Source: Klebsormidium nitens (Eukaryota; Plantae; Klebsormidiophyceae). From it: DNA of 59,672 bases. Where the stretch lies: the NCBI GenBank assembly GCA_000708835.1, contig DF237487.1, positions 1 to 59,672 on the forward strand, read 5' to 3'. Below the pieces are notes generated by a model. It made no database searches. It was not told the DNA's origin and was given only the letters and a program-made list of their open reading frames with translations. A program made the translations under genes and the position numbers. This document shows, one piece after another, positions 1 through 11,723 of this stretch (the first letter of the stretch is position 1; every line of letters begins with the position of its first letter).

Positions 1-2217
1 AAGATTCCGACGGTTGCTGTAGGACCCGGGTATTTAGGCGCTTTGCGGCGCAGGTCTTCCGTTTTCACAGCAACTTGAGTCTTGAATATCTCCCGTAACT
101 TGCGTCCTAATTTCGGTCACCTATTTCAAAGAGTGCCGTACGCGGTCAAGTCAATTTCCCACCGGCCACCAAGGCCGAGTCAGTGGTCGATGTAATCTCG
201 TACGTCGATCTTCCTCCAAGTTCCACGATCGACGGTTCTTTCGTTGACGGATCGTCACCGACGTCTGTCGGTAGAGCTGTAGCGTCCAGCGTTCCCCGGA
301 ACGGAACGCCCCTCCGACTCGACCAGAAGTGTCGCGTCGCTTCAACTTCAAGTTCGTTCTGGCAGGGCCGCTTTCACAGAATTTAATCGTAACCGTTTTT
401 GCCGGGCGGATGCCACGTTGGCAACCCAAAGCGGGAAAGTAACGTTTTGCACGTGTACCTTTTCCGGTCCTTTTTGATCTTTTTGGACGAGAGAGCGCAT
501 TCCCATCATGTTGTCAATGTATAACAGCCTGTAAAATTCTCGTTACGACACTAGTCAAACCCAAAAATATGCCTAAGCCAATGTCAAACCGGAAATTTTT
601 GTAACGGTCCGCCCGTCTGCGTGAATGGGCGCCTAGTTGCGACCCCAGCGTGTCGAGCCACCACCTCACGCGACACGCAAGATTTTGTGATTGTGCAAGT
701 CAGGGCCCAGACTCGCCCCATGGCCCCCAGGACGTTGGAACAAGGAGGAAGACTTGCGCAGCATCGCGCTCGCCGCTGGGACGCAACGCAGCTGGTTTTG
801 TGGTACCGTAAAAGTTTGAAGCAAAGAGGGCTCAGCAGCTTTGTGCTAACACAGTAACAGAGGCGGGGCAGCCTGTGTGGGCATCTCTGGTCTAGGAATC
901 CTCTTGCTTTAACAGGAGCCTGCTCGTTCAAAGGTAAGCGTCCCCCTCTTTTTGCTGCTTCCCCCCTCTTGAATGGAGGGGTTGGTTTCGGTGCTGAGAA
1001 GGGGTTCAGTGCGGTCCGGTCAGCTCTTGATGTCGAACGAGCTTTTCAATGGTATGTGTGATGCCCAATCCCAGTGGTCCAGTGGAGCAGGAGATTTGTT
1101 AGAAACCAGCTTATAACGTATGTCTTCATCTTTTGGTCGCAAAAGATGTCAAACAAAACAAAACCGCGATACACAACTGGATGTGCAGACCGTTAATCAC
1201 AAGGTGGATGCCATTGTAGAACAGAAGCATTGGCTCATTCACACTCATGCTGTTGTGCTTTTGTCTGCTGTGATGTTTGTCTAGTCCTTGATTATATATT
1301 TTAAGACTCTGTACGTCAACTTTGTATGAGGACCATCGTGCACCTGACTCGTTTGCAGTGGCAGATGCTTAGCTAAGAAGTGGTGATTTCTCTGAGCATT
1401 CATTTTTTTGGTGAAATGCATTTAGGCAGCTGCTTCTCTGCGTCACACCGCTAGTTGGAATTGTTAGTTGAAAATCTTGGAAATGGCAACCTATGTTACA
1501 AGTAGTGGCTAAGTTAAAACACAGCAGTAGGAGCTTGTAGGACACTATCCAAGCCGGGGACATATTGACATCAGTAAGTACAACGCGAATATGTGGAAAA
1601 TCAGTTACTATGTGAAGTCAGCCCCCAAGAGTTTCGCCTAGGATAGCAGTTTACTTGACAAATTACAAGCAATGAATGGAACAGAGGGCATGTGGACCTC
1701 AAGGATATCAACATATGTATTGTTGCTCTTATTGAGCTTCTAGGTTGCTGCTCTTACCGGTCCCAATTTTTCCAAAGAAGGAGTCTCATCCTTTCAACAA
1801 AGAAGCAGGCACAGAAGACAGTACTGGACGTACCGGCCCAATTTAGGGAATGAAGTGCCGAGGCATACATCTGCTGTTACATTGACATAGTCAGCTCTCA
1901 AACGTCATCTCAACATCGACTCTCCTATTGTTGACGCAGAAGACTGGCTGCCTTGATCGATTTTTGTAGGTGGCCAGCCGCTGTCAAACATGCTACAATC
2001 CACTCTTCGACAGATCTTGTAACAAATGTTTGTTGCTTGATGCAGAAGGATGGTTGGAACGGAATCTGCCATGGGGCCAGGTGCATTTCAGCTATGACGA
2101 GCAAAGTGCCAAAGTTGCAGATAAGTAGCCAGTGCCAACCGTCTCTTGTTTTATCGGTTGCAGAAGCATGGTCGTCGCAGCTCAAGTCTCCAGGAAGCGT
2201 CTGCAAAAGCTCAGAGC

Positions 2218-5200
2218 ATGGAATCGGAGGTGATGGACGCAGCTACAGGGCAAGGCGTCCGATTGGACCTCAGTCCCAAGGAGCGCCAGGCTCTCTACCT
2301 AGTGAGGCGCAGCAGGCGCGCGAGGCACCGGGCGAGAAACAGCCCCACAGGAACTGGGTCCACTTTCCGGGAGTCTCTCTCGCCTGACGCCCTGGAAAAT
2401 AACAGCAAGGTCTGGGGGGGAAGCAGAGGAGATGCGAGTATAGGGGGCAGAGTGTGGGGAAGAGAAGGAGCGCCTCTCCAGGAGAAAGATCTGCACAGAG
2501 AAGGGGGATCAGGCGCCTTGTGGGGGGGTCCCAACCGCCATGCCCAAAGAAGACCCTCTGCTCAAGGACGTGGGGAGGGGGAGGCTGACGAGCGCTTGCG
2601 GGCCGACGAGAACGTGGGGCACGACACGTTTTCGGAGTCGCTGTGTTCTCCCGCCACGTTACAGAAGCTGCAGGACCACAGTCGGTTGAAATGGGGGGCC
2701 CAGTCTCGAGAACTACATTCAAATGGGGTGGGCGTTCACGGTAGTGGTCAGGAGGGGCGGCAGGGAGGTGTGAACGGGCAGGACAGCCCAGCCTGGAGGC
2801 AGGACACTGATAGCGAGCAGTGGGGCAGGGTGGAACGAGCCGCAACGGGAAAGCGAGCCGGGCAGTATGAGGTGCGGGCCTGTCCTTACACTTAACCGCA
2901 CAAAGATGTATAAGGTCCTGCCATTATAAACTCTCTGCTTCTTAGTGCCTAAAAGGCGTAGTTCGTTGTCCTCGGGTGTCCTCTGGTCCTCCTGGTTGAG
3001 CTTTGCTTGGAATCCGGTTGATGCTGGGCAAGGTTTGTACTATTTGGCTTTTGAAATCTCGAGTATCTTTAGAGGACTCAGTGTCTTTGGTTTGTTGTCC
3101 GCAGCAAAGAACCTGGCTGTAGGCTGCCACCTGAATCACAGCTTTTCGGAGACTTGTTTGAGCTCCGTTCTTCCCCCCTCTGACTCCCTCCACTTCGAGA
3201 AGCTTTCATCGAATTGTTTTTTTGGCACCTGCAGCTTTCAAAGAGCAGAGCCATCCGCCTTTCTAGACGGTGATGTCAGCCGTCGTTGCAGGGTCTGGTC
3301 AATCATGTTTACAGCTCTTTCTGTTCCGCCCTTCAAATAGGCGAATAAAGCAGTAGCGTATACGCAGATTCTTGTCTTGATGCTGAAACTGCTCTTGTCT
3401 TCAACTCCGCAGGATTGGCAGTACGATCCTCGACGGATGGCCCTTGCTCAGGGTCGAGAAAACGGGGCCGTGTTGAGAGAACACGAGGACGCTTCTCCCG
3501 GTGTCTCTCCAAACAATGTGCTCCAGTGGGATCGAGCTTCCCAGGTATCGCGTTGATCCATTTCCCATCCGCTACTGGGGGCGTCCTTCCAGATTGCTTT
3601 GGACATCGCGCAGCTCTTGCTTTGTGACTGGGAGGAACCTTTGTGTGCATTGACTGAGCAGGCAGAGCTGCCGGCTTAGGGGACTATTGGCAATTACGAA
3701 GTCCCCTCAAGCACAGCATGATCGAAGGCCGGCAATTGGTTTTAGCTGCGGGTACTCTGGAACAACCTTGCAAAAGCCTGTAGGGGACAGAGACAAGATC
3801 GGAGACTCCGAGTGTTGCTACAAGTTTTTGAGCTCGTGCCTTTTGAGCGGTGCCTCGGCTGCTTGGTTCCGGGATGCCTTCTTGAAGCTTACACATGTTC
3901 TTTCTTCCGGCTCTGTGATTTGTAACATCGCAAAAGAGGGACTGTTGCAGTTGAGATCTGCTGCAGACATGCAGGCTCATCACGACGGGGTACATGGACC
4001 AAATTTCGACAAGATCGTTGAGGTTCTTGCAAGCAACTAGACAGGTTTGGTCTGTTGTAGTCGTGCTCCTCAGCTGCTATTGTTTCTCCTCTCAATCTGG
4101 ATGATTGGTCGGCTCTTAATTGGCGCACAGGATTGAAGTTCTCCTTGTCTAGGAAGGGGGGGAAAAAAGGAAGGAATGAAGATATTGCTTTTTATTGGAT
4201 AATAGGTGGCCGCCGAGATGCGAACGTCTCTCAACCCCTCCACACCAAAATTTGCCCAACCGTTAACTGTTCTCTCATAACCTGTTGTTGACAGCATTTG
4301 CTTTTATCTTTGCAGTCTTCCCACGTGCACTGGCACCCCTCTCACCACGAGGCGTCATGCCGGGGGGACGACAGCGGCGGCGAGACCCCGTGCCCTTTCT
4401 GTGCGCAGGCGTGCTGCACGGAAGAGGTGAGCCGCTGATTCCAAGTCTTCCAAGCTTTAGCTTACATTTTGCGTCTCTTTCTGAATATTGGAATCATCTC
4501 AATCGAATTTCTATGAACTTTAGGCAACGTCACAGCGGTCTTTGGGAGAGAAGATGGAGTAACGGCTTCTTGAAAGATTGGTGCCCAATTAGACTGTACG
4601 ATTTGTTGCTTTGAAGGTGGCCGCCCGGCACAAGTCGACCTCCTCAGCGGCTCGACCTGTAACTTATACACTTTACTGGACAGCTTGCATTTTGAAGCTG
4701 GCAGGAATCGATCCACTCCCAGTGCCCTCTGCGGCAACTGACTGTTGCTTATGCTCCTCCAATCCCACGCATTCGAAACCCATCGTCTACCAAGTGTCTT
4801 CTGGCACTTTGTTGAAGCATTTATCAAGAATGGGAGCAGGTCTTTTTAGCTTCGAAAAAGCACGCGTGCGCCCTCATAAGCATAACTTTATTGTTTCTTA
4901 CAGGCCAACTCGCTTCGCTGCCATGACGCCACGTGTCACGCCGATGGCTACCATCCGCCGAGCCGGGAAAATTCGCATGCGTGGGGAGGAAGCACTTACC
5001 CCCCGCCAACTCCGCACCCGAGGCAAAGGGCCGAAGTCCACTCCCCAAACTCCCGCCACGCCAGTCCTAAACGCGCCGCAATCTCGAAGCAACACTCCCA
5101 TGAGGCCTTGGGACACTCGCGATTGGGGAGGGATCCCTCTGCGTATCTCAACACGCGGTTCACCGAACAAGGCGGCACGGCCATGCCTTTCGTCGAGGGG

Positions 5201-8200
5201 GCCTGGCAAGGCGGCCCGAACACCCCCCTGTTTGGGTGCCCTTCCTCCCCCCTTCAAACGTTACCGCCCCGCTTCTCGCAGCCACCTTCCCCGTGTTTCA
5301 ACCACGAGTCACGGCAGGGGGCCCATTCAGACTCTTGTCGGGACCCCCCCAGAGCGCCGCACGGACAGCTCAACCCTCCTCAATATCGGATGGCGGATGG
5401 ATCCGGCGCACACGGGCCGCACGTGTCTGGGTCCGACGAACTCCGGCGGGAGTCCGAGGACCGAACGGAATGCCTAGGCCTGTCTTCGAGGCCACTGTCG
5501 CGCACGTACACGGCGCACTGCCTTTGGGATGTTCCCCCGGGGTTAGCGGCTAACCTGGCGGCAACCTACCCCCCCAAGAGCGCGCCCTTTACCCCCTACG
5601 AGAGCGGTTCTCCCGCTCGGGACCGGTTCGTGAGGCCCCTCCACCGATTTCCCGATCTCATGCCGCTGGGGGGGGTGAGTTCCCCGCTGCAAGAACCCCC
5701 CTTGATTAGCCCAGCCGTCCACACTTCGAACGGGCAGGCTGCGAGTCACGACCTGACACCTGGCAGGGATCCGGGGTGGGCAGGTGTCGCCGATATGGAC
5801 GCATCACGTGGCGACCTGCCGGCGCTTTACCCGCTCTTCAACCAGCGGGAAGCGCCATTTCACACCGTCACGCAAGAGAGGGGTGTGAAAACCTTCGCTT
5901 CTGCCAGCGACGCGCGATCTGGGCCCAGTCTGATTGGCGTCCTTAGAACTTATTATGGGACACGCACGGAGGTGCGGCCGCCAGAGGGGGCGCGCAAGCT
6001 GGCCGCGACTTACCCGGGCAACCTCCACCCCGGAAACCTGCAAAGCGCCCCCGACGTTTCGCCGAAAGGAACCGGTGACTCCTCCCAATCGCCCCCCCTG
6101 ACAGAAAGGAGAGCTTCGGTCCCAGGGAACGTGTCGGTGGTTTTGTCCCGCAGCGGGGGGGGCAGCTCACATGTTGCGCTCAGGCCGCCGTCGACCCCCC
6201 GCTTGAATCCGTCCCCCCGAACGCGGAGCCTGTTGCGCAGCAGCACCGCGGGGGAGAGCCAGAACGAGGGTGCGACCGGACGGCATTCCGGTGGGGCGGA
6301 GGGAGCGGAAATCCGGGCCGGCGAGGGGGTGGGCCGCTTTCAAGAGAAGGGCGAGGAGTCGAAGGGCTCCTCGGGCGGGGGACCGCGGAAGGAGCGAGAC
6401 AGGGAGCGGTTTCAGAGAGCGGATGCTGAGAACGAGCGGGAAAGGTGAGGGCTCCAAGCGGACTAGTGCAAACTGTCAAGCAACCATTTCGAATTGGAGC
6501 ACTTAAACTGGGCAGAGCTGGTAATTTCGTTGGAGTCTTATGAAGTCCGTAGTCATTTGCATCTAGACTGCCTTCTTTCTGCCTTACGTGAGAGTCTGAG
6601 GCTGCTCGTCTCGTAGGTATCACAACGTACAGTAAATGTTTAGGACGTGAATTCCAGTTGAAGCAGCATTCTTCGGCTCTTGAATGCGTATGCTTCTTTC
6701 ACGGAATCATAAATCACGCGAGTGCGGTCGAGCATATTGGCACCAGCTCTTAGGGAGCTCGTTCACACTCGGTCTCAGTCAGGAAAAAGGCAGAGCGCTT
6801 TGCCACTCTCTCTTCTCTTGGAAAATTAACGTCCTACCGAAGATTTTTGCTACTGCTCAGCAGATTCAAATAACCTCTACTACCAATTAAAGCCGCTGGG
6901 ATCTTCACCTTATTTTGTAACATGGAAACAACTCTGTATTCCCAAAGCCCCGAATCCCATCCAGTTCTTCATTTGTCAGTCTGAAGTCCTTGCAACTGAC
7001 ATACTCATGACCACAATAGCGCCCATCCACCTCTCACTAAGACAAGTGCCCTGAATCTGAATTCGAACTGCCGTTGCTGCAGATCGGCCCCCGAGGGGGC
7101 CAATCCGCAGGTGACACCTGGCGACGGGACAACTCCCGACCAGAGCGGTAGCGGGGCCGAGGAATGCTCCCCGGCGCTCGAACGATTGGTTTACAGCTGG
7201 CTCGACGGAATCGCGTCGCGGTTGTCGGACGTTGAGTCCGACCGGGCTGTGACGTCATCAGGAGCGTCGGACGGTTTCCCGCACCTGAGAGGCCCTGTTC
7301 GGAAGGGGTCGGTGGGCGGGGGCCTGCCGGGCGGGAGCGCTCCGGGCAAAACGGGGCCCCAAGAGATTGCAGGGGGTGTGAAGCAGCATTCAAGCCAACA
7401 CAACCTCCAACCGGGTACCAGTCAACATTCCGGCAGATCGAGCCCCCTTTCCGTCAGGTCCAGCGGAACTGACCGGAAAGGGAGCAGCGGATCGAGCCGG
7501 GACTTCCAGTCCACCGGACGGAGCCACGGGGCACCTCATGCGGACGCGGGTCCATGCGTGGAAGCCGCCGCCGTCCCGCAGAACACGGGCGGAACGCCGG
7601 CGGAAAGCCAGCGGAACGAGCGGAACTTCACGACGGCGGTTCCGTCCACGAATACGACGAGCAGCGAAAAGTTCCGCTACGAAGCGGAGGTCCAAAGAGA
7701 CCACGCAACCCTCCAGGATTGGGTTACGTTTGCGCACGACCAACAAAAGTTCCAGGTCTTACAGGCCCAGGGGAAGGGGGACGGCGGCAACGAGAGGGGC
7801 GACAAAAAGCGCTTCTCCTCGGGAGAAGCGAATGGAGGCATCTCTGCGACCGCGGAGTTCGAGTTCCTGAAGCCCCACCGGAGGACCTCGCCCCTGTCTC
7901 GTTCGCACCCCGGTTCTAATTGTAGCACCCCTACGTTGACCAAGCCCCTCCATTCAGAAGCCAACCGCTTGCCGGTGGGCGCGAGCGAGGCGGAGAGAAC
8001 CCCTCCAGCACAAAACGGGAACTACCGCTCTGGACGATTGCAACGGAACGAGCGTCAAGTGGTGAGCAATGACGAACAAGCGGAGAGCCTAGAACGCCCG
8101 CAGTCTGCGGATGCGGAGGGTCGGCAGGAGGAGCAAGGCGAGCCACGCCGCGGGTTTCCGGAGCGACTTTTGAAGATGCAGCGGTGTCAGATATGTTGCG

Positions 8201-8325
8201 AGGAGATTGGGGATAGGGATGCGGTGTATGCCCCGCCGGGGTGCTGGCACTTCTGTCATTTCGAGTGCGTGGGCCACTTATTATTAGATAAGCCGATGTC
8301 GTGTGCCTACTGTACTCAGCTGTAG
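2218..8325 (+). CDS. Large low-complexity protein with C-terminal RING-H2 finger (putative E3 ubiquitin ligase), ~1182 aa; join(2218..2871,4316..4426,4904..6444,7083..8325)
   Basis: Four exons join in frame through GT-AG introns (phases 0,0,2); total 3549 nt. C-terminus CQIC...CWHFCHFEC...CAYC fits RING-H2 spacing (C-x2-C ... C-x-H-x2-H-x2-C ... C-x2-C). Start codon is uncertain; an acceptor at 2163 and a donor at 934 suggest upstream UTR exons. Confidence 0.8.
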
Positions 8326-11292
8326 ATGCACGAGTGGTTATATTGAGAGAGGCCCTGCGCAGCGCGGTTGGTAAAGTATGTAGCCAGTTGAGTTTTGCAG
8401 GATGTACAATGGTCTGCCGAAGTGCTCGACGAGACGCATGCACGTCCTATTGTGCTCGCACCGTAGTTACATACGTTCAGGGATTCATTGAATAGGGCCT
8501 TAGCGTACCAAGTACAGCTATGATTGCTTCGATCAGAGGAATACGGGTATCAATCATCAGTACACCGTACAACGTAGATACAGATTGAATTATCAGGACG
8601 CTATGATATTGAACCTTCAAGCAAGCTAATTTGTACCACCCCTAAAGACAGTCCAAAAGATAGTAGCCTAGGGTAGATCTGTTACGGGTTAGGCGGGCAA
8701 CCGGTCGGCGGTAGTATCTGGGAGGGTACTATATTTGTAGTTTGCACTTTTATTTGAACACTTGAAATCGCTTGCCGCCGGATCCTGCTTATGGGCGCCT
8801 GCCAGCCTGCCTGACGATTTTATTTGGAAATATGTACGATGGGAATATTAACAGTCGTGCCGGTCTTCAGCAGTTTCAAGAGCGGCATGATTGCCCGACA
8901 TGTGAACTAAGTGCTGGGCACTAGTGTCGAATGTCAGATTTCAGAGCATGGCCGTTTGAAGGTATACTAACAGAAAGTGTGCCACTTTCTGTACCGCCCG
9001 CAGCGCGCACGGTGCACGCCGCGGGCGATCGGCTTCAGACACGTACGCTGAATTGAGGCGGCAGGGCCCAGCTGCGGTGCCGCATTAGTACGAAAACTTA
9101 GGCCGGCCCGGTGCCCGTCCATGCGAAACAATCAGATCACGTCTCAGTCTGAGTGCAATTATATATATATGATGACTGCCACTGTGTCATATACCGTATA
9201 GTTGAGGATCGGATTGGGCTAGCTTGCAACTCCAGTACGTTGATGCAATTAATGACTCGGATGAGCTAGGCCAAAAACAACCAGGCATCCGGGCAGCGGT
9301 GAGAACTGCACCAAATCAAGTTACCAAAATCTAGCTAGAAGGCCGGTAGATCGGTTCGAAGATCGCAGCCAATCACTCTGATAATTACTAGTCTTATGTT
9401 GCAGACAAGCATATATCCTATCTAGATTCCGATCGAAACAGTTATCTGACAGGCAACCGAGCAGTTAGAGTGAATCGAGCGGGATGGCAAATGCTCTACA
9501 ACATTCAATACAATTCCACTACGTTTATTACAACAGCTTCTCAAATACAGATCTTCTACAGCCTACAAAATGGAACCGTGTTGGGACCGTGTTCAGTATG
9601 TTAGCACTCTGTATACCCCAGGCAAAGGCGTGATTACTGGTTCAGTGGTCAGATACTTGCATACTATAACATGCACAAAGCGTTGGCTTGTCAAAAGCCT
9701 CACGTGAGCTCGAGTAGATTACGGCACCCGTGCAGCCCTCAAAGACTGGATTGTCGAGCCCGGCAGGTTGTGAACGAAGCTCCTAATCTGCTCTTTAAGA
9801 GCAGACTCCTTAATGTCCACCCGCTCATGACGTTCCATCACTTTCGTGTACCGTGGAGCAACGAGTTGGTAGAATAGGATGCCAAACGCCTTGATAAGGT
9901 CGACGAACTCCACGGACTGATCGCCCGGAAAGCGAGTTTGATGTAAACTGTCGTGATTGCAGTGAGAAATTTTAGTGTTCCCAATTGCAGTTTTCATCGA
10001 AGAACGATTGCAGTCCAAGCCAAGATATGGAAACCTCGGGCTGCGCGCACCTCGATATACAGCAGCCATGTTACGAATGTAAGTCGAAGTACCATTTCGG
10101 CTCACGGGGAATCGCATCAATGCTGAGCTGCACCTCATTGCTGCCACATCAGTGTCCATGTTTGAAAGAAAGATCAGATGAGATTGTTTTCTGCAATCCT
10201 GCAAGCTGCAGGAACATCCCCTCATTCCCTGCGAGTCACCTCTGTAGCAGTCAGACGTCTCTGATCAATTCTAGTGCTGCCCGCTTCCGCTGACAGTGCT
10301 TATCGCTCAATTGCAAGGCGTCTATTCGCAAAATGTGGGGCAGCTTGAAAGGACGGCCAGAAAAAGATCTGGGAGTGTCGGCAAGAACGAACAGCCGTAT
10401 GCTTACTCGAGTCCGACTGACTCCGACTAGCTAGACTGACTCGATCGGATGGCTTGTACTAGGGCCAGCCGCGGTCAAAGGCGCGTCCCTTTGTACTGCC
10501 ATGGTGCTCATGTTGATCATAAGGTATGCTCTCACGACAACCCCTCTAAAGAATAAGCCCGGGACCTCGGATGGGCGGAACTGAGTTCCAGACTCGACCG
10601 TTCCTGAATGCGCAGTATTAGGGCAAACCTTTGATATCGGCCGGCCTCGCGTCTCTGATGCCATAATTGCGGGCAATAATTGCTGAGGCATAGCGACGCC
10701 GTGACTATTTAAGCAGGCTCTTAGTAAGCTCCGATCAACGGTTCAAGTTCAACTTTACTCTCCGTGATGAATGATACCCCTCCACTGCCATACCCCTGCG
10801 TGGTACCCCGAATTCCGATAAACAATCCCATTGCGGACTCACGTTATCTGGAGGGGTGCCAAATTAAGCGTTGGACTAAAACACTTCAGAATAGATTCAT
10901 GCAGTCAGGCTACACAGGCGCTTTCTCGGACAAAACGAAGACAGTGACCAATGCTCTAACGTTATGGCAATGCTTACATGCGCATCATTCTGAGTAGCTA
11001 GTCACGTAACATCCACCGCAAGTATCGAGTACAAGAAGGCAGTACCGTCCATACACGTCTCTGCCGTCATATCAGGTTCATCACACCACACTGAGCAGCG
11101 GCGGCTTTGACTTGGACACTTGCGTGAGCGTCCGACCGCGGACGGTCCAGGTCTGCCGTCGCGTCTTCAAGCCAGTGCCACCATGGATTTTCGTATGCTT
11201 CTAGCTCGTGCAAAGTGTGATATTATACGCATGCCCTATTTAGATCGAACGTTATAAGAGTGCTGGCCACAGTCTAGCCGGTGCGCGCACGC

Positions 11293-11308
11293 CATTCATT
11301 CATTCATT
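11293..11308 (+). repeat. (CATT)4 microsatellite
   Basis: Direct reading. Confidence 0.8.
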
Positions 11309-11723
11309 CAAGCCGGCCCACTGTTGCAACAATCTCCAACGTAGGGAGGGCCGCCAGCTCTTCGTTGTGCCAGTGGCGATACTACAGATAGCCCGTGCAA
11401 TTACGACCAGCAGCAACTTTCAAAACGTAAATTGCAGCACAAGGGGTTCTAGCCATGACATGTCTCGCCCGCCGGCCCTTGCATTCTGCACGACGGACTC
11501 CGCCCGCTGCCCAACAAGCATGATCGTCGGGGACCATGAAGCTCATAGGCTCCGCTTATAAGGCCATCATGGCATGCCAGGCACATGTGCAAATTTTGGC
11601 TCGAGAGGATTCTCACTGTCCTGACCTCGGTGCTTCCACAATCGCTGTACAAACTCCACTTCCTCGCCATTGGAAGAGTATCTTTAACTTCTATATGTGC
11701 AAAAGATCTTAGCGAAGACCATA

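Noticed and set aside
1-430. Short ORFs at the window start
   Set aside because: Probably the 5' leader of a minus-strand gene outside the window (donor-like AG|GTGACC near 120); no assignable product.
3200-3340. GGTERAVNMI as a non-LTR reverse-transcriptase motif
   Set aside because: The expected downstream LD..NAF and YxDD motifs are absent.
4611-5477. 288-aa plus-strand ORF
   Set aside because: Alternative frame overlapping intron 3 and exon 3 of the RING gene; only the 4904 frame splices in phase.
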